From an uncultured Candidatus Saccharibacteria bacterium (GTDB lineage: Bacteria; Patescibacteriota; Minisyncoccia; Phycocordibacterales; CAYSCM01), in NCBI GenBank assembly GCA_964429815.1, contig CAYSCM010000001.1, positions 32,001 to 96,000 of the forward strand: a DNA stretch of 64,000 bases, written 5' to 3'. The stretch's first letter is position 1; the number at the start of each line of letters is the position of its first letter. This document shows, piece by piece, positions 44,620 through 53,895 of the stretch. The notes under the pieces were generated by a model. That model worked only from the letters and a program-made list of their open reading frames with translations, had not been told where the DNA came from and made no database searches. The translations under genes were made by a program, and so were the position numbers.

Positions 44620-45942
44620 CTACTGTGCCGCTGTCGTCGAAGCCGCTGGTTCACGCGCCAACACCGTGCGCAAGCTCGTGTACTTGTTCGCGGCATCCCA
44701 GATGAGGTACGAGTTCAGGCCGGAGTCGAGGTTTGCTTGTATCTGCTCCTTCACCATGTCAGGCGTGTAGGTGACGGGGTAGTCAAACGATTGGAGCCAG
44801 GGGCGAATGATGGAAGCGGGATAGGCCGGCTTTGAGTACAGACCGCTCGCCAATTCCCTGGTCGTCGTGGGAGTCGTCGTCCCCGCCACTTCCACGGTTT
44901 TCATGATGGGCGTGTAGGCCATCGAAAAGAGCTCGGTGGTGGTCGCCATCGCCCGTGCGACTGCCGAGTCGAGAGAGACTCTAACCACCTTGTACGGGTC
45001 CGAGTTGACGTTTTTAAGTCCAACAAAGCCGCTGTTGTAGTGGGAAGGGTAGACCATTGGGTCTATGAAGTCGAAGTAGGGCATCGCGCGCTCGAGAACC
45101 TGTCCGATACCGAGGTCGTCGACGTGGACCGTCACATAGCCGAAGAGATCGGCGGACATAACGGCGCCGATCTGCTTTACGTGAGCGTGCAAATATTGGA
45201 AAAACTCCTCGAGCGCCTGCGCCTTGGTCTTCCCCTCGTCGAGCATATAAACCGCATCCGCCATAGGACCATCCGAGGGGAAGCGAATGTAATCGAAGTT
45301 AAGCTCGTCGAAGCCCATCTCCTCGTACGAGACTTTGCTCAGTTCGACGATGTAGTCCCAAAACGGTTTCGCGCCGACGTCGACAAACGAGAGTCCTCCA
45401 TAGTTTTTCCAAATCCCTCCCTTTTTGCTTTGCACCGCGAGATCGGGATGCTCCTTCGTGTAGGTGGGGTCTTGGAAGACAGTAATGCGGCCGATGACGT
45501 AAATGCCCTTGTCGTGCAGGTTTTTAACGAACGACTTCATGTCGGCCGCACCGCACGCTTTCGAGACATTATCCCGGAGGAGTGAGCTATCGGTCGGAAA
45601 GGCGATGCCGCCGGAGTAGTCCTTTATGTCAATGACGATTGCGTTGAGTTCGGTCCTGTCGATGAGCCCCAGAAGGTCTTTGCGGAACGAGGGCGTACCC
45701 GCCGCGCACTGGCTCATGTAGATGGCCTTCACGGGGTCCGGGGTCGGCACATGGGTGATCGAGGGGTGTTGCACGATGGTGGTCGTGGCCGCCGAGGTCG
45801 AGCTGGCGAGCGTGGCATTGTGATAAGACGTTTCAATAGCGGCCGGAATGCCGAAAAAGGCCGCCGCGGCCACGCCGGAGAGAAGAAGCCCAAGATAGGC
45901 TCCCCGGATAAGCCCCAAGGGCTGTTTTTTAGGAGCGCGCAT
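44620..45942 (-). CDS. Membrane-anchored putative glycoside hydrolase-like TIM-barrel protein (GHL10/DUF4015-like)
   Basis: There is an N-terminal transmembrane segment (LGLLLSGVAAAAFFGI). NAIVIDIKDYSGGIAFP resembles the IDVKD..G hallmark of the hypothetical glycoside-hydrolase-like family. The start is taken at MRAPKK (45942); the ORF track extends to 45975. Confidence 0.45.
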   Translation of the reverse strand: MRAPKKQPLGLIRGAYLGLLLSGVAAAAFFGIPAAIETSYHNATLASSTSAATTTIVQHPSITHVPTPDPVKAIYMSQCAAGTPSFRKDLLGLIDRTELNAIVIDIKDYSGGIAFPTDSSLLRDNVSKACGAADMKSFVKNLHDKGIYVIGRITVFQDPTYTKEHPDLAVQSKKGGIWKNYGGLSFVDVGAKPFWDYIVELSKVSYEEMGFDELNFDYIRFPSDGPMADAVYMLDEGKTKAQALEEFFQYLHAHVKQIGAVMSADLFGYVTVHVDDLGIGQVLERAMPYFDFIDPMVYPSHYNSGFVGLKNVNSDPYKVVRVSLDSAVARAMATTTELFSMAYTPIMKTVEVAGTTTPTTTRELASGLYSKPAYPASIIRPWLQSFDYPVTYTPDMVKEQIQANLDSGLNSYLIWDAANKYTSLRTVLAREPAASTTAAQ

Positions 45943-46129
45943 CGACGCCAGGGCGTTCACGCATCGCGCTGTCACGACTGCGTCCCTCCTGCCGCAAGGC
46001 GAACGCGAGGGCGGCTACCAGTAATCCGAAGAGCACGTAGAGCGGGGTCTTCCAGGGGGTCGGAACGCCCACGAACGGCAAGAGAGCGACGAGGAGAGCG
46101 AACAGAATGATGGTGGCATGTTTGGACAT
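45929..46129 (-). CDS. Small hypothetical two-TM membrane protein (about 66 aa)
   Basis: MSKHATIILFALLVALLPFVGV...LYVLFGLLVAALAFAL has two hydrophobic helices. It overlaps the downstream gene start by 14 nt. The call is weak. Confidence 0.3.
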   Translation of the reverse strand: MSKHATIILFALLVALLPFVGVPTPWKTPLYVLFGLLVAALAFALRQEGRSRDSAMRERPGVDARS

Positions 46130-46243
46130 GCGCACAGTATACCCTATAAGCACTGACCTAAGCGGGAACGAAGGTTCATTCCTGCATTTCACCCAAACCA
46201 GAGGGTCTTGAAGGGTCTGGAGGGGTTAGTGCTTGGGTATACC

Positions 46244-46927
46244 CTATGTACCTTCGACCATGACGACGAATTCACCCCGCACCGTATCGGGATTTTCCGC
46301 AAAGTGGGATTCGATCTCCGAAACGGTGCCCACCAGCGTCTCCTCGTACACCTTGGTGAGCTCGCGCGCGACCGCAATGCGCCGGGTTGGCGGGAGATGC
46401 GCCCTGAGCGACGCGAGGGTTTTCATAATGCGGTGCGGGGATTCATAGAAGACAACGACGCGAGATGAAGCGGCTATTTCCCTAAAGAGGGTTTCTCTCC
46501 CTTTTTTGTGGGGCAAAAAACCCAAGAAAGTAAATTCAGATACCGGAAATCCAGACGTTGAGAGAGCCGCAATCGCCGCGTTTGGTCCCGGAATGGCAAT
46601 AATTTTTACCTCAGGGAGCTTTTCGCGGATAAGAGCAACGAGACGAGAGCCTGGATCTGAAATTCCTGGAGTTCCTGCATCCGAAACAAGTGCCGCGCTC
46701 TTTTCCTCCGTGAGGGCGTCGAGAATTTCTCCGTGGCGTTTATCGGAGGCATGCGCGTTATAAGAAAGCATAGGCTTTTTGAGACCATATTCGTGGAGAA
46801 GCTTGCCGGTCACTCGTGTGTCTTCGCATACGACAATATCGACCTCAGAGAGTACTCGCAGCGCCCGCGAGGTAATATCCTCGAGATTACCGATGGGGGT
46901 CGCGACGATGTAGAGCATGACGGCCAT
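46244..46927 (-). CDS. rsmI: 16S rRNA (cytidine1402-2'-O)-methyltransferase
   Basis: VATPIGNLEDITSRALRVLSEVDIVVCEDTRVTGKLL is the RsmI/tetrapyrrole-methylase-fold signature. It is 227 aa. Confidence 0.85.
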   Translation of the reverse strand: MAVMLYIVATPIGNLEDITSRALRVLSEVDIVVCEDTRVTGKLLHEYGLKKPMLSYNAHASDKRHGEILDALTEEKSAALVSDAGTPGISDPGSRLVALIREKLPEVKIIAIPGPNAAIAALSTSGFPVSEFTFLGFLPHKKGRETLFREIAASSRVVVFYESPHRIMKTLASLRAHLPPTRRIAVARELTKVYEETLVGTVSEIESHFAENPDTVRGEFVVMVEGT

Positions 46928-47006
46928 GGCATGAACCTACCACAATTTGCCGAAGCTCGGAAAAGGGGTTTAATGGGTAACGGAACGGTGCAAAAAGGAG
47001 TTCGCA

Positions 47007-47231
47007 ATGCCGAGAAAAAAGCTCGAGGACATGCTTAATGCCACTGCGGAAGATTGGGCGAAGATCCCCCCCGATCCGGATGGACGCCGTATGGTATCCG
47101 TATCCGGCCCTCTCGAGGGGGATCTTCTCAGCGCCGCTCATGCCGCGCTTCATCACGGCGTCGGTCTCAAAGCCAGGACGAAAGAGGCAAAACTCTCTAT
47201 GCATGAGAACGTGTCCGAGCAGGACAAATAA
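47007..47231 (+). CDS. Small hypothetical protein (74 aa)
   Basis: AAAAAGGAG sits 6 nt upstream of the ATG. A strong terminator follows at 47246-47278. There is no recognisable domain. Confidence 0.4.
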   Translation: MPRKKLEDMLNATAEDWAKIPPDPDGRRMVSVSGPLEGDLLSAAHAALHHGVGLKARTKEAKLSMHENVSEQDK

Positions 47232-47245
47232 CGCCTGCGCCCCAG

Positions 47246-47278
47246 GACGCCCGCCACAAACGGGCGTCTATTTTTTTG
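47246..47278 (+). terminator. Rho-independent terminator
   Basis: The stem gacgcccgcc-acaaac-gggcgtc is followed by tattttttt. Confidence 0.55.
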
Positions 47279-47810
47279 GAAAAATCGCCATACGGCGCCA
47301 GTCCAGAAAGAATGCCGGGAGAGGAACAAAATAGTTTTTGAGAGCATCCTTCTCCGAACCGGCGGGGTCGTGATAGAAAAAACCTGCGATTTCCCCGCCC
47401 TCACCCTCTCGAACCCCCACTAAAAGTACCTGATGGAATTTACGTTGATCCCAGAGGCGTAGTTGTGTCGAAATTATAACAGGATTCCCTATCTTAATGG
47501 CATTGCGAATCTGTGTGATATCGCGCTCGGACATCTGCTCTTTTCGCTCACATCCAAAACCAAATCTTTGTATAAGCGAGACCGAATAGTCATGTATCCA
47601 CCCCGAATCGCCGTAGCCTCCTTCCCTCATACCCCGTGCAATGAGTTCATCGAGACTCGGCAATTTTGCACCAAAGTACGCAAGCGCCATGTATACACAG
47701 GTCATCCCGCAGGAAAAAATACGTGAGTCAGGATTTTTGACGTCACGATACTGGGAATAGTAGGGAACTTCGAGAATCGTATCCGTGAAGGTTATCTGTC
47801 GGGTCATCAT
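47268..47810 (-). CDS. Peptidase C39-like (papain-fold cysteine peptidase) domain protein
   Basis: VPYYSQYRD...SCGMTCVYMALAYFG is the C39-like catalytic Cys context. A downstream His lies in IHDYS. Confidence 0.6.
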   Translation of the reverse strand: MMTRQITFTDTILEVPYYSQYRDVKNPDSRIFSCGMTCVYMALAYFGAKLPSLDELIARGMREGGYGDSGWIHDYSVSLIQRFGFGCERKEQMSERDITQIRNAIKIGNPVIISTQLRLWDQRKFHQVLLVGVREGEGGEIAGFFYHDPAGSEKDALKNYFVPLPAFFLDWRRMAIFPKK

Positions 47811-47817
47811 GGTTGTA

Positions 47818-48282
47818 TTACGAAGTTAGAAATGGGTGGATATAAATAGCTGCCACCTTACGAACAGGATTACCCTCCGCCTGTGCCGCGTAATGTAGAG
47901 GATGTTCAATCGGGATGCGATATTCGAAACGGCTGCTGACGGCGGTCTTTTCGTTGAGCACAAAACCGTTGTGCTCATGCATTTCCTCATCTCTCTGTTT
48001 TATTTTTTCCCAAAGAACGACAGCTCCAGGGACTGGTTTATCCGTTGTGGTCCATCCTGATGCTTCCATATCCCGTGTCGTGCCCGAGACTGTGGCATGA
48101 ACTTCCTTAAGCAACTTGAAGTGGTACAGGATTGAAGAAACAAAATAAGCGCAAGAAACATCACCGTCGCGCAAGATGTCCTCCTTCTTGCCATCCACCT
48201 CCGCATAAAGAGTGCGAAAAAGGTTCGAACCGACCGAGTTGCGGATCATCGCGAGGTAGGTGTCCTTCAATAAAAATTTCAT
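47818..48282 (-). CDS. Hypothetical protein with possible Cys/His papain-like or NlpC-like active-site arrangement
   Basis: DGDVSCAYFVSSIL and HEHNGFVL suggest a Cys-His dyad. It lies adjacent to the C39-like gene. The assignment is tentative. Confidence 0.35.
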   Translation of the reverse strand: MKFLLKDTYLAMIRNSVGSNLFRTLYAEVDGKKEDILRDGDVSCAYFVSSILYHFKLLKEVHATVSGTTRDMEASGWTTTDKPVPGAVVLWEKIKQRDEEMHEHNGFVLNEKTAVSSRFEYRIPIEHPLHYAAQAEGNPVRKVAAIYIHPFLTS

Positions 48283-48310
48283 TTCCCGATACTACTTTAT
48301 TTTACTGAGG

Positions 48311-48392
48311 TGGGCGAGGGGAGAGTTGAACTCCCAATCCTTGCGGAATACGCTTCTGAGGCGTACGTGTATACCAATTCCACCACTCGCCC
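48311..48392 (-). tRNA. tRNA-Leu (anticodon CAG), type II with long variable arm
   Basis: The reverse complement folds as a cloverleaf. The acceptor stem is GGGCGAG/CTCGCCC. The anticodon stem TACGC/GCGTA carries the loop CTCAGAA. The variable arm is TTCCGCAAGGAT, the T-arm is GGGAG-TTCAACT-CTCCC, and the discriminator is A. Confidence 0.8.
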
Positions 48393-48544
48393 GTCTGTTC
48401 CATCCTACTCAAATATGAAAACGGGTCTAGCCGACATCAGACCGCGTGGGTCTCATTTAAAGGCGCCATCAATCCGATTTAAGCCTTCGACACACTGTTC
48501 TGTCAGCCGACTGGCGAGGGGCGGAAAAGCTGTACCGTCCTGTG

Positions 48545-48616
48545 TGCGAGTGGAAGGAATCGAACCTTCGACCTCTGTCTTATCAGGACAGCGTTCTACC
48601 ACTGAACTACACTCGC
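48545..48616 (-). tRNA. tRNA-Ile (anticodon GAT)
   Basis: The reverse complement reads GCGAGTGTAGTTCAGTGGTAGAACGCTGTCCTGATAAGACAGAGGTCGAAGGTTCGATTCCTTCCACTCGCA. It has a perfect 7-bp acceptor stem, the anticodon loop CTGATAA and the T-loop GGTTCGATTCC. Confidence 0.85.
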
Positions 48617-48925
48617 AATGAGGTGGATACTAGCAAGAGAGCGCCTCCCTATCAACAGCTCCCCCTTCATGCGGGGTGCGTTTGGTCGGTACAATGATGG
48701 TGGTTCCAGTAGAAAGGAGAGAACCTTTGTGCGGTTGGTCACGACGTACACTCAAACGGGATCGCGGTCGTAGCCGAGAAATTCGGTCAAAGCCCATCCA
48801 GGAGGAGCTTTCCCTGCTCACCCCGAATGTCTCACGTGTCCTTCCCGAAGCCACAGTCGCTCCACCGGCGAGTCGCTCCGCGCGGCTCCCCTCACAGCAG
48901 CGACTCGCTGAGCTCTATGCCGCAA

Positions 48926-48990
48926 GGAGGTGATCCAGTCGCGTAAGAGCCCTACCAAGGCGCTTACGACTACCGTTTTCGAACGTTCTT
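48926..48990 (-). rRNA. Orphan 16S rRNA 3'-terminal fragment (helix-45-like hairpin plus canonical GGATCACCTCCTT anti-SD tail), not contiguous with the 16S body
   Basis: Plus-strand AAGGAGGTGATCCAGTCGCG at 48926-48945 matches the universal 1525R region with 1 mismatch. Upstream, rRNA-sense CGUAAG...CUUACG forms a 6-bp stem, and AGUCGUAA resembles the 1492-1500 region. It lies about 310 nt upstream of tRNA-Ile, the classic position of a 16S 3' end. Confidence 0.5.
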
Positions 48991-48998
48991 TCTTTCAA

Positions 48999-49057
48999 GC
49001 GCGCCGCGTTAGCGGCGCGCTTTCTATTCAAAAAAAGACCCGCTCTCAGAGCGGGTC
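48999..49057. terminator. Back-to-back hairpin terminator module (plus-strand hairpin gcgcgccgc-gtta-gcggcgcgc + T-run; minus-strand hairpin gacccgctct-c-agagcgggtc + T-run)
   Basis: The plus-strand hairpin at 48999-49020 is followed by tttctattcaaaaaaa. The minus-strand hairpin at 49037-49057 is followed by TTTTTTT (49030-49036). The module sits directly after the stop at 49070 of the membrane-protein operon. Confidence 0.6.
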
Positions 49058-49069
49058 AGGTACGGGGGG

Positions 49070-49477
49070 TTATGCATCGTCGCGGTGACATAGCCGCAGG
49101 AGCGCACTAACGATGAGGACAGCTCCGAGGACGACCGGGGTGAACGCGGCGTTGAGTTCCCTATGGATGCCTAACCGGAGACCAATGAAGGTGACGACGA
49201 GGCCACCGAAGAACAGGATCGCGCTTTTCTCCACGTACGGGCTCCAGATTCGACAGAGGATGCCGCGCCATCCTCCCGTCATGAGAGCGGAAGCTACCAC
49301 CCCCAAGCTGTAGGAGGGAAAAGAATCCGTTTCCCGAACGAGGGCGTGGACGAAAAGCATGAGCCCGAGGAGAAAGACAAACGTGCCGAGTCCGATGATA
49401 AGCCGAGCCACGATGGACTCGCGAAGAACGCGAGGACGACTCCAATCGTGAAAAAGCTTGGTGGAGCGTTGAGACAT
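49070..49477 (-). CDS. Small integral membrane protein (about 135 aa, 4 predicted TM helices)
   Basis: AAGGAGG lies 9 nt upstream of the ATG at 49477 (MSQRSTKLF...). Hydrophobic helices include LIIGLGTFVFLLGLMLFV, LGVVASALMTGG, AILFFGGLVVTFIGL and PVVLGAVLIVSALL. It is the last gene of a 4-gene operon and is followed by a terminator. The ORF track extends to 49510. Confidence 0.5.
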   Translation of the reverse strand: MSQRSTKLFHDWSRPRVLRESIVARLIIGLGTFVFLLGLMLFVHALVRETDSFPSYSLGVVASALMTGGWRGILCRIWSPYVEKSAILFFGGLVVTFIGLRLGIHRELNAAFTPVVLGAVLIVSALLRLCHRDDA

Positions 49478-49561
49478 GGATGGACCCTCCTTCTTTCGTC
49501 GTGATACCACTCTTCCTGAGCCGCCGCAACCTGTGGAAAACCGTTACGCAAGAAGGCCGCC

Positions 49562-49771
49562 CTACGGGCGGCCTTGCGGCTTTTTCTCGGCGCGACAGAT
49601 AAAGACGCACAGTATCATAAGCGCGATCGCGATGATGATAAAGAGCGTCCCCGCCGGCAGCGCATGAACAGGTTTTCCGCGTTGGATGATGCCGCCGATG
49701 AGCGCGGCAAAGCCGGCACCGGCAAGAACGAGCGCGAAGAAAGCCGTTGTGAGATTCGCTGCCTTTTTCAT
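49562..49771 (-). CDS. Small membrane protein (69 aa, 2 TM)
   Basis: GAGG lies 7 nt upstream. FFALVLAGAGFAALIGGII and LFIIIAIALMILCVFI are the two transmembrane segments. Its start overlaps the stop of the upstream tiny ORF (ATGA). Confidence 0.45.
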   Translation of the reverse strand: MKKAANLTTAFFALVLAGAGFAALIGGIIQRGKPVHALPAGTLFIIIAIALMILCVFICRAEKKPQGRP

Positions 49772-49773
49772 GG

Positions 49774-49893
49774 GAGCCTCACGAGCGGTCCGTGGAAGTA
49801 GAGAAACACGTCGAGCGCCAAACTGAAAAAGAACAGGCTTAGCAGGATACGTTTCTTCCCGCTTGGGCCCGAGAACGCCTTGATGGGATGCAT
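49774..49893 (-). CDS. Tiny hydrophobic ORF (39 aa)
   Basis: Its translation is MHPIKAFSGPSGKKRILLSLFFFSLALDVFLYFHGPLVRLP. GGGAGGG lies 6 nt upstream. It is translationally coupled to the next gene and is not in the ORF track because it is under 60 aa. The call is speculative. Confidence 0.3.
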
Positions 49894-49996
49894 GCTAGCC
49901 CTCCCTGGTACCTTGGCACATCCTAGCTAAAGAGGCATGCCGGCGCAATCTAAGAAGAGCGCCGCCGGTGGTGCCGGCGGCGTCGTGTCCCCACGA

Positions 49997-50251
49997 TCAA
50001 GGGAAGGTTCGGTCGATGAACGAGCCGAAGTAGCCGACGCCGAAGCCGAGTCCGAGGTACTGGAGCGGTCGGAGCGGTGCCTCGAGCATGTTGACGGCAG
50101 CGTAGGCGCCGAGCATCCAGGCTATACCTACCGTGAGCGCCCCGGCGGCCACGCCGGTCGCAACGTCACGGTACCAAGAGGCCTGAGCGTCCCACATGTG
50201 GTCGAGGCGCTCGAGTCCAGTGCGATAGTTCCGTAGGGTTCCGTCGGGCAT
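49997..50251 (-). CDS. Small membrane protein (84 aa)
   Basis: AAGGAGG lies 7 nt upstream of the ATG at 50251. A candidate promoter on the minus strand at about 50262-50296 reads TTGTGT-17nt-TAGAAC. The hydrophobic segments are VAAGALTVGIAWMLGAYAAV and LGLGFGVGYFGSFI. Confidence 0.5.
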   Translation of the reverse strand: MPDGTLRNYRTGLERLDHMWDAQASWYRDVATGVAAGALTVGIAWMLGAYAAVNMLEAPLRPLQYLGLGFGVGYFGSFIDRTFP

Positions 50252-50325
50252 AGGAACCTCCTTTCCTTTCCCGTCCCTGTTCTACCGAAGTTTTGCGCTC
50301 TACACAATGGCTTCCTCCCCATGCG

Positions 50326-50356
50326 CAAAAAAGCCCCTTATAAGGGGCTTTTTTGC
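50326..50356. terminator. Perfectly palindromic bidirectional intrinsic terminator (AAAAAAGCCCCTTA-TAAGGGGCTTTTTT)
   Basis: The stem GCCCCTTA/TAAGGGGC is flanked by an A6 run on one side and a T6 run on the other, so it is a terminator on either strand. It lies about 150-180 nt downstream of the contiguous 16S 3' end. Confidence 0.6.
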
Positions 50357-50504
50357 GTTGGTACCAGAGTCTCTTTTGTTCCGTTCAATATACCAGTACG
50401 CATTTCTGGAAAGCGAGCAGACTTTAAAGACATACTGCTATGGTCTACTTCCGTACTCGATCGAGATACAGAATATCGACCGGATAAGTCTTACCTTCCG
50501 AAGA

Positions 50505-51980
<1,476 letters not shown>

Positions 51981-52230
51981 AATTCGTTGAACGGAACAAA
52001 AGAGAGGCTGGTACCTCCTTCTTGATTCCTTTTACCCGTCCGAGCCGCAAAGCGGTTAGGATTAGGGTTTTTTGATCAGACTACACCGCCCTGGTTGGCG
52101 GCTAATCTAGTTGAACAGATTTTGTCTGCTCGCACATAACGTTCTTTGATTATCAATGATCACTACCTCATTGGCCGTTCGCCTCAAGCGGATTAGGCCG
52201 AAACAAAAACCTGCCCAAGGCAGTGCAGAC

Positions 52231-52259
52231 AGTATACGCAGAATTTGATGGGTGTCAAA
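52231..52259 (-). promoter_or_regulatory. Candidate rRNA promoter (TTGACA-17-TATACT) about 250 nt upstream of the 16S 5' end
   Basis: On the minus strand, -35 TTGACA maps to plus-strand 52254-52259 and -10 TATACT maps to plus-strand 52231-52236. An AT-rich UP-like region lies upstream. Confidence 0.45.
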
Positions 52260-52386
52260 TGAAGGTCGCTCGCACACATCTTTTTGGAAACACGCATAAA
52301 ATAGGGCTTATTTTTGCTCCGCTCGCGCCGTCGCTCTGTGCGAGGTTTCCAAAAAGAGAATGCTCGCTCAAACAGGAAATGTAAAA

Positions 52387-52989
52387 TCAGATTGCGCCAC
52401 TCTGTGGAGGTTTTTTATTGAGATGTTGCCCAAAGAACGCCAGAGCTGTGATCGTTGTGTTGGCAAAAATCAAATAAATCGGATAAATCAGGTTAGCAAT
52501 ATCGAATTTTGTAGTCGAGACGGCAGCTAGAATTGCAGCGACGGCAATCATTGCCCACCCGAGAACGTTTTCTGAATAGGGCTCTCGATATGTCTTGGCT
52601 ATTGTCGGAATAGTCGAAATCAGGTCAGCCAGTACCGCTAGAATGAGCGCTACGAGAGGTTGTTTTGTAATTTGCCACAAACCTATAGCGATTATTGCTA
52701 GAGCAAAACAAGTATAATCAAGTGCCCCGTATTTTCTGTACCCATAACCAGACAAAGCAACAACAAGAATAAGCGCAGTGTTAAAAGTTGTTGTTATCAA
52801 GATTATGATGGACCACGATGCGCCGGCACTGAACTGAGCGGCTATGGCAATAATTTGTAGCGTGGTCCAAAGAACAAATGAAATTATATTTGGCCGAGTC
52901 GTACCCTTTATCATGCTTCTGACATAGGGGAAAACAGAGGCAATCTGGATTATTCCAGCAATAATTCCAACTACCGCATGCCAATCCAT
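52387..52989 (-). CDS. Integral membrane protein (about 200 aa, about 6 TM), function unknown
   Basis: The hydrophobic core starts at MDWHAVVGIIAGIIQIASVF (start at 52989). The ORF track extends to 53211, but the extra N-terminus is R/S/P-rich and has no support. The gene abuts secF. Confidence 0.5.
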   Translation of the reverse strand: MDWHAVVGIIAGIIQIASVFPYVRSMIKGTTRPNIISFVLWTTLQIIAIAAQFSAGASWSIIILITTTFNTALILVVALSGYGYRKYGALDYTCFALAIIAIGLWQITKQPLVALILAVLADLISTIPTIAKTYREPYSENVLGWAMIAVAAILAAVSTTKFDIANLIYPIYLIFANTTITALAFFGQHLNKKPPQSGAI

Positions 52990-52990
52990 C

Positions 52991-53893
52991 TTATTTCTTC
53001 TGCCAGCGCTCGATGGTGACGAGAAGTGGCGAGCCGAGGAAAATTGAGGAGTAGGTACCAGCGGCAATACCAATGAGAAGGGCAAGGGCGAAATTTTTGG
53101 TCGCCTCCGCGCCGAAAAAGTAAAGCGCGAGGAGCGAGAGGAGCACGGAGAGCGAGGTGTTGATCGAGCGATTAAAGGTCTGCGCAATACTCTTCCCAAC
53201 CGTAGTCCCAAACTCTTCCCGAATTCCCTGCTGGTGATTCACGCGGAGATTTTCACGCACGCGGTCGAAGACGACGATGGTATCGTGGACCGAAAAACCG
53301 AGCACCACGAGAAGCGCAGTGACAAAGAGCGTATCCACCTCAAACCCGGCATAGTGTCCGAGTATCGCAAATACCCCCGTTGGAATGATGACGTTATGGA
53401 TAAGCCCCACAATGGCGACCAATCCATACTTCCACGATGAAACAGGCTGCGACACCTTGCGAAACGCGAACGCGATGAAGAGGAGGATGGCCACGATGAC
53501 GAGCGCGACCGCGATCGTCGACTTGGTGCGAAGTTCCGAGCCGATCGTGGGGCCGATAGAGTTGTGCTGCTCACTCGTGATCTTCGCCGTCCCCCCGAGA
53601 GAAAGGGCGTTGAGAACTGCCACACGCTCTGGCTCTTGGAGATCTCGCGAACGAAGGATGTAACCATCGACTCCTGTGGGGCGCAGCGAGTAGGTTCCGA
53701 GCGTGAGAGTATTTAATTTACCCTCAGCCGCGGTTTTATCGGGCACTTGTCCCGCGTAGTGGACCTCTGTGAGAGCCCCGCCGGTAAAATCAATGCCGAG
53801 CTGAAGTCCAAAGAAAACAATCGCAAGGAGAGAGAGCCCCACCAGGACGGCGGAGAGGGCGTAGAAGAGTTTTCGATAAGTGATGACGAACAT
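52991..53893 (-). CDS. secF: Protein-export membrane protein SecF
   Basis: GIDFTGGALTEV is the SecF periplasmic-domain motif. The C-terminal six-TM region contains FGFSVHDTIVVFDRVRE. Confidence 0.85.
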   Translation of the reverse strand: MFVITYRKLFYALSAVLVGLSLLAIVFFGLQLGIDFTGGALTEVHYAGQVPDKTAAEGKLNTLTLGTYSLRPTGVDGYILRSRDLQEPERVAVLNALSLGGTAKITSEQHNSIGPTIGSELRTKSTIAVALVIVAILLFIAFAFRKVSQPVSSWKYGLVAIVGLIHNVIIPTGVFAILGHYAGFEVDTLFVTALLVVLGFSVHDTIVVFDRVRENLRVNHQQGIREEFGTTVGKSIAQTFNRSINTSLSVLLSLLALYFFGAEATKNFALALLIGIAAGTYSSIFLGSPLLVTIERWQKK

Positions 53894-53895
53894 AG

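Noticed and set aside
48393-48544. Possible third tRNA (for example tRNA-Ala) between tRNA-Leu and tRNA-Ile
   Set aside because: The region has no GTTCGAAT-type T-loop, no acceptor-stem complementarity and no match to the near-universal tRNA-Ala(TGC) sequence.
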